Positions 19,537 through 29,809 of a stretch of DNA of 64,000 nucleotides are shown piece after piece. This stretch comes from Candidatus Obscuribacterales bacterium. Its GTDB lineage: Bacteria; Cyanobacteriota; Vampirovibrionia; Obscuribacterales; Obscuribacteraceae. The DNA lies in NCBI GenBank assembly GCA_965228855.1, contig CBDDIJ010000005.1, forward strand, positions 992,001 through 1,056,000. The letters run 5' to 3'. A model generated the notes under the pieces. It was not told the origin of the DNA, did not search any database, and was given only the letters and a program-made list of their open reading frames with translations. A program made the translations under genes and the position numbers. Positions within the stretch are counted from its first letter, which is position 1. The number at the start of each line of letters is the position of its first letter.

Positions 19537-21921
19537 TTGACTTCGTATTCGTGTTCCCTCTCTGAAAGCAAGGTGATTATTATCAGCGAGTCGACTCCCA
19601 ACGAAAACAGCCCGCTCCCGGATTCTTCGCAGAGTTCGTCTTCGGACAATTCAACACAGAGCACGCCTCCGGCTGATGCTCCGCAAAACGCGCCTGCGGA
19701 CTCGTCACAGGACTCCACGAACTCAGGGAATTTGGCTTCTGACAATTCATCGCAGAGCACGTTTCCAGACAAGCTCAATCCGACGCTCACACTTTTTGCA
19801 GCGAGTTTTGCGTCGCTATTTTTCGAGCTCCTCATCATCCGCTGGTTGACTTGCGACTTTATCGCCTTTGGAGTGTTCAAAACATTTCCACTCGTCACCT
19901 GTTTTGTCGGACTGGGAACCGGTGTCGCCAAAGGCGACAGGAAGTTTTTCAAATACGTTGCTCCGGCGCTGTTCATCACTGTTTTGGTTTCTCTGTACAC
20001 AAGTTACAAGGGCTACGGCGGAGTGCCGTTTCCCTCGCTGACTCTCTATCAGTGGAACAATCTCAGTATGGAGAATTTGCAATTACTCTCACTGCAAGTC
20101 TTCCAAATGACACTTCTCATCATACTCTTGCTGATGGGTCCGTTTGCGGTCATGTTCTCAATCGGAACTATCATCGGCGAGACATTCAACAAACTATCAC
20201 CGCTCAAAGCCTACTGCATAGACATCATGGGCGCCATCACCGGCAGTATCACATTCGCTCTGCTGTCGTTTTTCTGCATCTCGCCTAACATGGAAGTGCT
20301 CCTGTTCTCGGCGATCGTCGGTCTGTTGGTTTTCAAAACCCAACCAACCAAACAGCTAAAAATCGACATTCCTGTTTTAATCGCCAGTTGCGTAGTCGCG
20401 ATGCTTCCGGTGTTCAACAGCTCAGACACAATCTGGTCGCCATACTATCGCATCGATGTTAAACCGATCACACTGCCCGCCAATCTAAACGCTACCGGAA
20501 AACAAGAAGACTTCGGCATCTTCGTAAGTACTAACCGCGGCTTCTCACAGGCCTTCACGCCTAAGTTCGATATCGAATTGTCAGCGGAAGGAGAGAAAGA
20601 AGAGGCGGCGAAACTGCTTCAAGGCTTCTTGAAGGTCCGGAAAAACTATTACTCGATTCCATATTTCTTCAAACAACCGAAGGACATTTTGATCCTCGGC
20701 GCCGGCTCTGGCTCTGACGTTGCAGAGGCCTGTAAGCGCGGCGCAACCTGGATCGATGCGGTCGAAATCGACCCGGGAACGCTCGGGCTTGCAAAGAAAT
20801 ACAATCCCAACTTCACGAATCCCGCTGTCCACTACCATCTCGATGATGGACGTCGCTACATAGCGAAAAACGACAAGAAATACGACTTGATTATTCTGGC
20901 ATGCCTCGACTCGCGAGCACTGTCAGGAACAGGTTCTTCGCTGCGAACAGACTGCTACATACACACACAGGAGAGTTACGTTGACTGCGTGAAACTGCTG
21001 AAGCCTGATGGTGTTTTCGCCCTTTCCTTCGGCGCGTCTGTCGATGGAAACTCCGACTGGCTGCGCGATCGGATTTATCGAACTCTCACGTCCGTCACCG
21101 GCTATCCTCCGATCGTCATGTCCGACGAGAAGGCTACACCGAAGTGGCCGGCCTATTATTTCGTCACCGGACAACCCGTGAAAGATGGACTGGTCAAGGC
21201 TCCCGTGCTCGACAATTCGTTTGCACAACTTGAGATTCCAGCCGCGTCAGCGAACGGACTCATCCTCAACGACGATTGGCCGTTTCTCTACGTGCGCGAC
21301 AAGGTGCTGGATTTGCCTTACCTCGTCGTTCTATCTTTGATTGTTGCCATCACGACGTACGTGGCGCGTTCCCTTATCTTCAGCAAGAAGACCGGCTCTG
21401 ATGTGCAGCTGTTTTTCCTCGGATCGGCGTTTATTCTTGTGGAACTACAGGCGATATCACGACTGTCGCTTCTCTACGGCGCGACCTGGGTGACAGCATC
21501 GATTGTAATCAACGGCGTCCTGTTGATGATTCTGGCAGCGAACTATGTGACCATAAAATCGCAAAAACCGTTTAACCAAAACATCTTGTATGCCCTTCTG
21601 TTCGTTTCTCTGCTCGCAAGCTACTTGCTACCGGTCAACGCAATTCGGACAAGCATGGCGAGCATGGATATGGTCGCAGCGGTGTTGATAACAGTCGTCA
21701 CCCTATTGCCGATTTTGATGGCTGGTCTCATATTTGCCACAGCTTTCAAAGTTGTGCAACACCCCTCGCGCTCATTCGCGTTTAATTTGCTGGGTAGCGT
21801 GCTCGGCGGATTACTCGAATATCTGTCGACCTATGTCGGTATCAACAATCTGGTGCTGGTCTCAATCATCCTTTATGTGTTCTCGTTCCTCGCAGCCAGA
21901 AAAGCATCGAAAAAAGTATAG
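19537..21921 (+). CDS. Membrane-embedded spermidine-synthase-like SAM-dependent transferase
   Basis: N- and C-terminal multi-TM blocks flanking ILILGAGSGSD...AVEID...DDGRRY...DDWPFLY; exact start uncertain. Confidence 0.85.
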   Translation: MTSYSCSLSESKVIIISESTPNENSPLPDSSQSSSSDNSTQSTPPADAPQNAPADSSQDSTNSGNLASDNSSQSTFPDKLNPTLTLFAASFASLFFELLIIRWLTCDFIAFGVFKTFPLVTCFVGLGTGVAKGDRKFFKYVAPALFITVLVSLYTSYKGYGGVPFPSLTLYQWNNLSMENLQLLSLQVFQMTLLIILLLMGPFAVMFSIGTIIGETFNKLSPLKAYCIDIMGAITGSITFALLSFFCISPNMEVLLFSAIVGLLVFKTQPTKQLKIDIPVLIASCVVAMLPVFNSSDTIWSPYYRIDVKPITLPANLNATGKQEDFGIFVSTNRGFSQAFTPKFDIELSAEGEKEEAAKLLQGFLKVRKNYYSIPYFFKQPKDILILGAGSGSDVAEACKRGATWIDAVEIDPGTLGLAKKYNPNFTNPAVHYHLDDGRRYIAKNDKKYDLIILACLDSRALSGTGSSLRTDCYIHTQESYVDCVKLLKPDGVFALSFGASVDGNSDWLRDRIYRTLTSVTGYPPIVMSDEKATPKWPAYYFVTGQPVKDGLVKAPVLDNSFAQLEIPAASANGLILNDDWPFLYVRDKVLDLPYLVVLSLIVAITTYVARSLIFSKKTGSDVQLFFLGSAFILVELQAISRLSLLYGATWVTASIVINGVLLMILAANYVTIKSQKPFNQNILYALLFVSLLASYLLPVNAIRTSMASMDMVAAVLITVVTLLPILMAGLIFATAFKVVQHPSRSFAFNLLGSVLGGLLEYLSTYVGINNLVLVSIILYVFSFLAARKASKKV

Positions 21922-21992
21922 CCAATCGACATACGACCACTGCGACAACTATGGTCAAGGTGGGACTGCGCCTCGAAAGGCGCTAGCTGAAC

Positions 21993-22019
21993 CCGTTGCC
22001 CCGAAGGCAACGGCCTTTT
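21993..22019 (+). terminator. Probable terminator
   Basis: ccgttgcc-ccgaa-ggcaacgg followed by cctttt; preceded by a second hairpin gcgcct-cgaa-aggcgc (21968-21983). Confidence 0.65.
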
Positions 22020-22328
22020 GTTACGCCGCGGGCACTTACTTGTTTTTCACGCCTTAGGATGGTTTCTACTGGCAATAGATTTTCATATCGATTATGCCTA
22101 CCATAGAAGCCTGCTAGTACCTAACGCACAACCGCAAAGACGGCGCGAGTCTTCTGAAGTGCTGAGCCTCAGCGCGACGGAATGTCCACTTACGCGAAGC
22201 CTAGAACCCGAAAACGTTACTCTATCTCAGTTTTGCTCAAATGACTCACAAAATCTAGAAATGATAGAACCACTATAAGCTGGATATTAAACACACTGCG
22301 ATTCTGAAGACAAAGGAGTATCAATCCG

Positions 22329-22440
22329 ACAAATAAAGGTCTCAGTCGCACAAATAAAGGTCCCAGTCGCACAAATAAAGGTCCCAGTCGCACAAGCAGA
22401 GGTCTCAGTCACAAAAGCAGAGGTCTCAGTCGCACAGACA
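22329..22440. repeat. Intergenic 21-bp tandem repeat (5 copies plus a partial)
   Basis: Units start at 22329, 22350, 22371, 22392, 22413; consensus acaaataaaggtc(t/c)cagtcgc drifting to acaagcagaggtctcagtcgc. Confidence 0.93.
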
Positions 22441-22542
22441 GACTCTCCAAAAATCAAGTCAAAAAATCGACAAATTTCAGTCCATTTTTTTAAGGAAGAT
22501 GTTCAGGCTGAAACGCGCTTCAGGAGCTAAATAGCTCAAGAA

Positions 22543-22551
22543 TGTTATACT
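22543..22551 (+). promoter_or_regulatory. Extended -10 element for gyrA
   Basis: TGtTATACT about 83 nt before the GTG start; RBS AAGGAG at 22619-22624. Confidence 0.55.
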
Positions 22552-22633
22552 CTGTTTTTGAAGTGATTTTTTGAGGCAATAGCGAGACGTTTTTAGCGTC
22601 CTTCGCGGTTGCCCGAGCAAGGAGTTTCATAAC

Positions 22634-25213
22634 GTGACGAGTTCAACAGGCAGCGGTGGCGGTGGTGGAGAGCGGATCGTCGAGGTCGAACTGCGGGACG
22701 AGATGCGCAAGTCGTTTATCGACTATGCCATGTCAGTCATCGTCAGTCGCGCGATTCCGGACGTCAGAGACGGTTTGAAGCCCGTACACCGCCGAATTAT
22801 TTTCGGCATGTACGAGTTGGGACTGGAACCGAATACGCGCTATCGTAAGTCGGCATTGACGGTCGGAGACGTAATGGGTAAATACCACCCACACGGCGAC
22901 TCGGCAATCTATGAATCCATGGTCCGCCTGGCGCAGAAAGAGGCGAGCCGTTACGTTTTGATCGATGGTCATGGCAACTTTGGCGACCTCGACAACCCTG
23001 CAGCTGCTATGCGTTACACAGAAGCGAAGCTCGCGCCGCTCTCGATGCAGATGTTGGCGGATATCGATAAAGAAACAATCGATATGCGCAGAAACTTCGA
23101 CGAATCTCGCGACGAACCCTCGGTTCTACCATCGCGCGTTCCGGCACTTCTGCTCAATGGTTCGGCCGGTATCGCCGTCGGTATGGCAACCAACATCCCT
23201 CCGCATAACCTGCGCGAAGTCATGGATGGCGCAATTGCTCTGGTTGATGACCCGAACCTTTCATCGACCGACCTCATGCAGTGGATCAAAGGACCTGACT
23301 TCCCGTCGGGCGGCATGATTATGGGAACCGAAGGCATCGTCGAAGCCTACACGACCGGCCGTGGTTCGATTCCTCAGCGCGGGGTCGCAACTATCGAGCA
23401 AGCAGCCAAGGGCAACAAGATGGTGATCGCGATCACATCGCTGCCATACATGGTTGGTCCGGAAGCCTTCACGAAGCGAGTGGCCGAACTGGTGCGGGGC
23501 GAACGTCTCACCGGCATCAGCGATGTCAATGACGAAACAGACAGAAGCGGTCTGCGCGTAGTCGTAGAACTCAAGCGCGACGCGCACCCTGAGGTCGTTC
23601 TCAACAACCTTTATAAACATACTCAACTGCAACAATCATTCCCCGTAAATACTCTGGCACTCGTGCCGGACCCGGGCAAGCCAGGCACCAACGGTCAACC
23701 GATGACCCTGGAATTGAAAGCATTGCTGCAGCAATTCATCAATCACCGGGTCGACGTCATCACAAGACGCACCAGATACGACCTTCGCAAAGCGCAAGAA
23801 AAGGCGCACATCTTGGAAGGATATCTGAAGGCGCTTGAGAAGATCGACGAAGTCATCAAGATCATTCGCGCGGCATCGACGACAGCCGAAGCGCGTGAAG
23901 GTTTGATGAGCAAATTCGCGTTGTCCGAAGCGCAAGCAAACGCAATTCTGGAGATGCAACTCCGCCGCCTGACAGGATTGGAACGCGACAAAATTCAAGA
24001 GGACTACGACGAACTCCAGAAAAATATCGCGCACTATAAAGCGATTCTCGAAAGCAAAAAGATGGTGGATGACATCATCAAACAGGAGCTCACCGAGATC
24101 CGCGACAAGTATGGCGACGATAGAAAAACTCAGATCGTCGGTGCGGTCGATTCGGAAATCTCCGCTAAAGACCTCACGCCGAACGAGCCGATGGCAGTGT
24201 TCATCACCAACCAGAACTACATCAAACGCATCGCGCTCGGAACCTTCAAGCGTCAACGTCGCAACACCCGCGGCGTAACCGGAATGAAGACTCGCGATGA
24301 GGATGAGATCCAACACTTCTTCGTCGCCAGCATGCACGACAGATTGCTGGTGTTTACGAACAAGGGTCAAGTCTATCCGCTCGAAGTTATGAACTTGCCG
24401 GAAGGCGGTCGTACCGCTCGCGGCCTGGCTCTCGTCAACCTGGTTCAAATCAGTCAAGACGAATCAGTCACCGCTGTTATTCCGGTAAGCGAATTCAAAG
24501 ACAACGAATTCTTGATCATGCTGACTCGCAATGCTTTCGTGAAGAAGGTCCCGATGTCAGAGTTCTCCAACATTCGCAAGAGCGGCATCATCGCCATCAG
24601 CTTGAGCGAAGGCGATGAACTCGGATGGGTCCGCCAGTCGAACGGCAAAACCGATGTCATCATCGGAACCAGCAACGGCATGTGCATCCGATACAGCGAA
24701 GAAGAACTTCGTCCGATGGGACGCACCGCTCGCGGCGTCAGAGCAATCACGCTGCGGGTTAGCGATACGATCGTCGGTTGCGACGCAATTGAACCAAATG
24801 ATTCTTGCTATGTGCTCGTCGTCACCAACGACGGATACGGCAAGCGCGTTAAACTCGAAGAGTTCCGCCAGCAAGGACGCGGCGGCGTAGGCATCATCGG
24901 CACCAAGTTCAAAACAGCCAAGTCACGACTTGCCTGCTTGAGCGTCATCGAGCCGACGGATCAAATTGTAATCGCCACCGCCAATGGTGTCGTGGTCAGA
25001 CAACACGGAAGCGATATCAGTGCGCAAGGACGGATGGCTACCGGTGTCAGACTGCAACAACTTGCAGAGGACGATGAAGTCGTGTCCGTAAGCCCGATCG
25101 TCGATCCTAACGAAAGCGAAATCGAAGGCGGCGATGATGGTGCCGATGGCGGCGCTGAGGGCGGCGACGCACCGGAGGCAGAAGGCGGCAGCGACGAGCC
25201 GGCAGCCGAGTAG
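22634..25213 (+). CDS. gyrA: DNA gyrase subunit A
   Basis: [27 protein letters not shown] (catalytic Tyr), GyrA-box-like QRRNTRG, beta-pinwheel repeats, acidic tail. Confidence 0.97.
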   Translation: MTSSTGSGGGGGERIVEVELRDEMRKSFIDYAMSVIVSRAIPDVRDGLKPVHRRIIFGMYELGLEPNTRYRKSALTVGDVMGKYHPHGDSAIYESMVRLAQKEASRYVLIDGHGNFGDLDNPAAAMRYTEAKLAPLSMQMLADIDKETIDMRRNFDESRDEPSVLPSRVPALLLNGSAGIAVGMATNIPPHNLREVMDGAIALVDDPNLSSTDLMQWIKGPDFPSGGMIMGTEGIVEAYTTGRGSIPQRGVATIEQAAKGNKMVIAITSLPYMVGPEAFTKRVAELVRGERLTGISDVNDETDRSGLRVVVELKRDAHPEVVLNNLYKHTQLQQSFPVNTLALVPDPGKPGTNGQPMTLELKALLQQFINHRVDVITRRTRYDLRKAQEKAHILEGYLKALEKIDEVIKIIRAASTTAEAREGLMSKFALSEAQANAILEMQLRRLTGLERDKIQEDYDELQKNIAHYKAILESKKMVDDIIKQELTEIRDKYGDDRKTQIVGAVDSEISAKDLTPNEPMAVFITNQNYIKRIALGTFKRQRRNTRGVTGMKTRDEDEIQHFFVASMHDRLLVFTNKGQVYPLEVMNLPEGGRTARGLALVNLVQISQDESVTAVIPVSEFKDNEFLIMLTRNAFVKKVPMSEFSNIRKSGIIAISLSEGDELGWVRQSNGKTDVIIGTSNGMCIRYSEEELRPMGRTARGVRAITLRVSDTIVGCDAIEPNDSCYVLVVTNDGYGKRVKLEEFRQQGRGGVGIIGTKFKTAKSRLACLSVIEPTDQIVIATANGVVVRQHGSDISAQGRMATGVRLQQLAEDDEVVSVSPIVDPNESEIEGGDDGADGGAEGGDAPEAEGGSDEPAAE

Positions 25214-25273
25214 GCTGGTTGAACCGCCGCCTGAAAACGGTGGCCGTCTCAACGGTTCCGAAATCAAAAAGTT

Positions 25274-25308
25274 AAGAGCCAATCTCCTCAGAGGTTGGCT
25301 CTTGTTTT
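25274..25308 (+). terminator. Rho-independent terminator after gyrA
   Basis: aagagccaatctc-ctca-gaggttggctctt followed by gtttt. Confidence 0.8.
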
Positions 25309-25349
25309 AGTCTTTGTATCATCAACCGGTTGATTGATGAGGTATAGCC

Positions 25350-25637
25350 TTAGTGCCGAATTGAGTTCAAGCAGTCTTCGAAGCGGAGTCCGTTCTGCTT
25401 GCACTTCGAAACACACCAGTTAATCGACATCTGTTTTGCCAGGGCGACATTGTCAGGTGATTTCGGAAGGTTGTTGAACACTTTCATCAGAAGTCTTTCG
25501 AGTTCAGGTTGATGTTCTCTCAAATCGATTGGGAGGCTTAGAATCCAGCTGCCGCTGTCAGATACACTCACGAGTTCCGGTCGAGTATCTTCATTGTCCC
25601 GCGCAAACATGGTGGGACTTTTCGTGAGAAGTTGCAT
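25350..25637 (-). CDS. Small hypothetical protein
   Basis: ATG at 25637 preceded by GAGGT; 95 aa, protein-like composition, C-terminal WCVSKC...C. Confidence 0.6.
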   Translation of the reverse strand: MQLLTKSPTMFARDNEDTRPELVSVSDSGSWILSLPIDLREHQPELERLLMKVFNNLPKSPDNVALAKQMSINWCVSKCKQNGLRFEDCLNSIRH

Positions 25638-26075
25638 TAGGTTACCTCGATTTCTTTTTTGAAAGATTCGCAAGGATAGTCATCCTTGGATTGGTCAGAA
25701 GTGATGGAAGATGGAAAGCAAACACTCAACTGACGGTTGTATATAGTTTGAGTATATTTCTTACTCTTATAATAACGTTACACAACCCACAGAACAAGTG
25801 GTTATTAGCATCATCTAGTAATTGATCGGAACTGTCATGGGGAAAATTCCCATGGTCACTACGTGACTTCCCTCATAAGAATGCAATAAGTCGAAACGAA
25901 ATCGCGTTCCTTTCATGATGAGGTTCGCCTGAAGAAACCTCAGGTTTCCCTTACTGCTGCTGCGTTTCAGATAGATCACAAGAGCGTTTGGGCATACTGA
26001 ACATAAGTAATCTCGTCCGCGCCGTCCCCTTTTCATGATTTCGCCTAACAAAGTTTGTTAGGCAAGGAGCGCTCA

Positions 26076-26708
26076 ATGCCACAAAAAAGGGAGCCCGATG
26101 TCATCGAAAAAGTTGCCGGCCCTCGCATCTCGCTCGACACTGAAGCACGAGAAACTACCGCTAAGGCCCCAGGCGAAACGCAGACTAAGCAGACCGATTC
26201 AACAGAAATAAGATCAACCGGTTCGCATGCCGCAGGCGGTGCACCAGGTACAACCACTCTGCCGTCAGAAAAGACGCCTCTCGCCTCCCAGCCAATCGAC
26301 AAGTCAAAACCGGCTTCTTCCCGAAAAATTTCCGACGCGAGCATTGGTCACGTTCGCCGGGTAGTGGCGGGCAACCCAAACACCCCTCTGACGGTTCTTT
26401 CGCGGTTAGCTGAAGACGATAACTATTACATCCGGCGCACGGTCGCCGGAAATCCGAAAACTCCGGTTGAGATGCTCAAGAAACTATCTATGGATTACTG
26501 CCCGGAAGTGCGCCTGGGCGTCGCGGAAAATCCCCATACTCCCCGTGAAACACTTGCCTTTCTAGCCGACGACAACGCGATCGACGTTCGCTACGGTGTC
26601 GCCGAAAACCCGCACATGCCTGAGGACATTCTTCTAAAACTTGCCCGAGACGAAAACCCATACGTGCGCTATCGCGCCCTGAAAACATTGCAGATGCTTG
26701 TCTATTGA
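26076..26708 (+). CDS. Leucine-rich-repeat-variant (LRV)/HEAT-like repeat protein
   Basis: 24-aa repeats VRxxVAxNPxTPxxxLxxLAxD (four clear copies); ATG 26076 after AAGGAG. Confidence 0.85.
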   Translation: MPQKREPDVIEKVAGPRISLDTEARETTAKAPGETQTKQTDSTEIRSTGSHAAGGAPGTTTLPSEKTPLASQPIDKSKPASSRKISDASIGHVRRVVAGNPNTPLTVLSRLAEDDNYYIRRTVAGNPKTPVEMLKKLSMDYCPEVRLGVAENPHTPRETLAFLADDNAIDVRYGVAENPHMPEDILLKLARDENPYVRYRALKTLQMLVY

Positions 26709-26927
26709 AAGTAGGAACGCGCGCTTGGCGACGACAGAGGAGCTGGTTTCCAACTTCAATAACGTGGCTTCGTGATGGCAGACGAGCTGGTTTAGATGTG
26801 AGAACGAAAGGCAGATGAGCTGTTTCGACGTAAAAACGCGTGCGCAAATAGAATGCGCACGCGTTGTATGTTTTCTTCAGATAGCGGTTCGGAACCAGAA
26901 TCAGGCGCCGAAAGCGCGGCTCATCGC

Positions 26928-27629
26928 TTAACGCGAAGGCTCTTCTTCTCTGAGTACGTAGCCTTCGCCGCGAACGGTTTGAATCAGACGCTTGGCGTTG
27001 CCGTCTTCCAGTTTCGAGCGGAGGTACCGGATGTACACTTCAATGACGTTTGATTCGCCGATGAAATCGTAACCCCAGACCTTATCGAAGATGAACTCAC
27101 GGGAGAGAACTTGCTCGGGATACTGCATAAACAGTCTGAGCAGGTCGAATTCCTTGGCGCGGAGGTCGAGCTGGCGTTCGCCACGCTTCACCACGCGGTT
27201 CAACTGGTCCATCCAGAGGTCGGCATATGTAAGGATGCCTTCTTGCGGTTTACGGCGCATGACTGCGCGGATTCGGGCGAGAAGCTCTTCTGTGGCGAAC
27301 GGCTTGGTCAAGTAGTCGTCAGCTCCGCTGTCCAAACCGACAACACGGTCTTGAACGCCATCTTTGGCGGTCAACATAATCACAGGCACTTTCGACATGG
27401 CTCTGAGGCGTTTGCAAACCTCAACACCGTCGAGTCCAGGAAGCATCACGTCCAGCAGAACCAGATCGGGTTGCTCTTTCTTGAACAAATCCAAACCATG
27501 ATTGCCTTCGTGAGCTACATGTACTTGGTAGCCTTCGTAGCCCAGCTCCAGCTCGATTAGACGCGCAATATTCACGTCGTCTTCGATGATAAGGATTTTC
27601 AAGGATGATCCCTCGTTTCCACTTGCCAC
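26928..27629 (-). CDS. OmpR/PhoB-family response regulator (MprA/ArlR-like), no adjacent kinase
   Basis: IIEDD, LLDVMLP, LTAKD, GADDYLTKPF, SNVIEVYIRYLRSKL, IQTVRGEGY. Confidence 0.95.
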   Translation of the reverse strand: MASGNEGSSLKILIIEDDVNIARLIELELGYEGYQVHVAHEGNHGLDLFKKEQPDLVLLDVMLPGLDGVEVCKRLRAMSKVPVIMLTAKDGVQDRVVGLDSGADDYLTKPFATEELLARIRAVMRRKPQEGILTYADLWMDQLNRVVKRGERQLDLRAKEFDLLRLFMQYPEQVLSREFIFDKVWGYDFIGESNVIEVYIRYLRSKLEDGNAKRLIQTVRGEGYVLREEEPSR

Positions 27630-28064
27630 GATTTCATTAACCCCCGTTCAGTCTCTTACGCCTATTTTCTTTGCCGTTTTTCGAAGTCCTATCATGCTAG
27701 CTGAAATCACTTTCACGTACAGCAATTTCTTCGGAATATTGCAGGCATTATTAAATGCCTCCATTTGTCTCCCAATAATCCCCCACCTGGCTAAGTTGCA
27801 AGGTAGAAGATGATCGGCTCCTCAGGCAATACTCCGCAATTTGACTCAACATTCGACAGAACATCGTCAAGAGCTGGGTATAGCTGTCAGGTGGACCTCT
27901 TCCTGAAGCCACTCCATTAAAACATAGAATCTACCACTTGTTTAATCTTTGGAACAGATTCAGCTTGTCAGGTAGTCATAATTTGTAGCCCGGTTGTCAT
28001 CCAGCCGCGAAGTCAAGAATAGATTGGGATGAAAAGCGTTCTTAGGGATGGGTAAGCGTTCTAA

Positions 28065-29762
28065 ATGGAAAGCGCGCTCACAATTGAGAAAGGATTCGAA
28101 GACCTCGCGGCGCAAACGTTTCGCTTCGACCGCCAGGCTATCGCTTTGCTTGGAATCAGAACATCAAGCGTTGTCGCGACCATCCTTTCAATCCCCGATG
28201 CCATCGCGCTTATCCCCGGAAGCACGACCTTCACCGCCTGGATTCTGGCGATAGTCGGATGCTGGATCACGGCGCTGGTTTTATGGTTCGTGTTCTTTGT
28301 GGGCTTCCTCAACGCCATCCGACTGATCACCGGCGGTATAAAGGTAGGTCCAGCCGGCATAAAGCTATGGCGTTTCGGTCGCCTGCTCCCCTGGGATTCA
28401 ATTATTGCCGTATCTATAGAGGATGAAGGAGTTTTTTCAAGGCTTTTCTCATTCGACCGCAATGTGAAACGCCTGACAGTCTTCACTCACGTAGAAAGCA
28501 AGTCTGCATTCTTGCGGGCGATGGTGGTTCCGCATTACGTTGCATCCTTTTATTATTCGGAAACTGACTTCAAAGACCTCTGCCGCAGTATCGCAAAGTA
28601 TCGTTTCTCCTTAGACATCAGCGACCGCCCGATACTGCTCACCCCGCAAGCCGAAATTCCGCCTCTGCGCAAAGCGCACCAGGTCATGCGCTGGCAACGA
28701 GTTTTAGTTTCCATCGTAATCACGCTCAGCGTCGGCATGTTTCTCGGTCGCAAGGCGGTTGTGTTTTACTCCTACAATGAAGGGCAAAAGGCTTATCGGC
28801 TGAAGGATTTCGCAAGAGCGGAGCAACGGTTTATGACCGCGGTTTCAATCGAAAAAGGTTTCGCTCCAGCCTGGCACGGTTTAGCAAGTTCGGAATTCCA
28901 TCTCGGAAAGGTTGCCGAGGCGCAGCTACACTGGAAGGAAGCGTTGAAGTGGAAACCGGATTATGTCGAAGCAAAAGTCAGTCTGGCATACATGGACTTG
29001 CAGCAGCGAAAGTTTGAGGATGCTGAGAAGCTCATCAACAGTGCTTTAGCATTGGCTCCAGCCAATCCTACCGCTCTTCTGAATCGCGCGGACTTGAATT
29101 TGCGAACCGGACACATTCTCGAGGCGACGCAAGATGCAAGGCTCGTTGTCGCACAAACAGAAACACCACCGGCCGATCGGGACGTCTTTATGGCGACGTG
29201 TTTGCTGGCGCAGGCAAAACTCTTGCAGGGAAAGCCCACCGAAGCAGCAGAGATGTTGGCACCACTGCCGGTGACAGAGGCGCGATTAGGTATGGGCGAA
29301 AATTTGACCTATCGCCTCATCGTCGGCTCGCAAATCGCCCTTGCGCTAGGGCAAACCAACAAAGCGGAACGTCTGGCACGGCTTGCCGTGACGCGGGGAG
29401 CAACGCTCGATTCACTGTTGCAAATGGCCGAGGTTGAGATCGCGCGAAAAGATTATGAGGTTGCACAATCGATCGTCGAGCGCTGTCAGACCATGATGCC
29501 GACGAATCCATGGGTCTATATAGCTGCAAGTGAGATAAACATTGAACGCGATCGCTTTGAGCAGGCGTGCTCAAATCTACAGGGCGCACTTAAGTGTGAG
29601 CCGCTCGATGCCCTGTCCTTGGCGCGTATCGCCAAGCTATACGAACGGGCAGGTCGGGCGGACCAGGCGATCAGCGCCGCAAAATCGGCAATGAAGCTGG
29701 AACCCGCCAGTCAGATGGCGAAAGCAATCCTCGATAAATTAGATCCAATTGCTTCAAATTGA
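28065..29762 (+). CDS. Membrane-anchored TPR protein
   Basis: N-terminal TMs, small soluble domain, further TM, then multiple TPRs (FAPAWHGLA, PDYVEAKVSLA). Confidence 0.8.
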   Translation: MESALTIEKGFEDLAAQTFRFDRQAIALLGIRTSSVVATILSIPDAIALIPGSTTFTAWILAIVGCWITALVLWFVFFVGFLNAIRLITGGIKVGPAGIKLWRFGRLLPWDSIIAVSIEDEGVFSRLFSFDRNVKRLTVFTHVESKSAFLRAMVVPHYVASFYYSETDFKDLCRSIAKYRFSLDISDRPILLTPQAEIPPLRKAHQVMRWQRVLVSIVITLSVGMFLGRKAVVFYSYNEGQKAYRLKDFARAEQRFMTAVSIEKGFAPAWHGLASSEFHLGKVAEAQLHWKEALKWKPDYVEAKVSLAYMDLQQRKFEDAEKLINSALALAPANPTALLNRADLNLRTGHILEATQDARLVVAQTETPPADRDVFMATCLLAQAKLLQGKPTEAAEMLAPLPVTEARLGMGENLTYRLIVGSQIALALGQTNKAERLARLAVTRGATLDSLLQMAEVEIARKDYEVAQSIVERCQTMMPTNPWVYIAASEINIERDRFEQACSNLQGALKCEPLDALSLARIAKLYERAGRADQAISAAKSAMKLEPASQMAKAILDKLDPIASN

Positions 29763-29809
29763 TCTGTCCAAAAATCAAGTGACGCGTATAGACCTTAGCG
29801 GGATGGCTG

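Noticed and set aside
22329..22440. CRISPR array or oriC
   Set aside because: Repeats are contiguous with no spacers and no cas genes; no DnaA-box cluster seen in the gap
23636..24457. Long antisense ORFs over gyrA (also over atpD and lysS)
   Set aside because: Typical antisense shadows of codon-biased housekeeping genes
25321..25334. Perfect 14-bp palindrome atcaaccggttgat
   Set aside because: Between convergent gene ends, no second copy noticed; no function inferable
27810..27920. 36-aa ORF and weak SRP-like gtcagg segment in the 435-bp gap
   Set aside because: No SRP GGAA/GCAG domain IV match; ORF lacks support beyond a weak RBS
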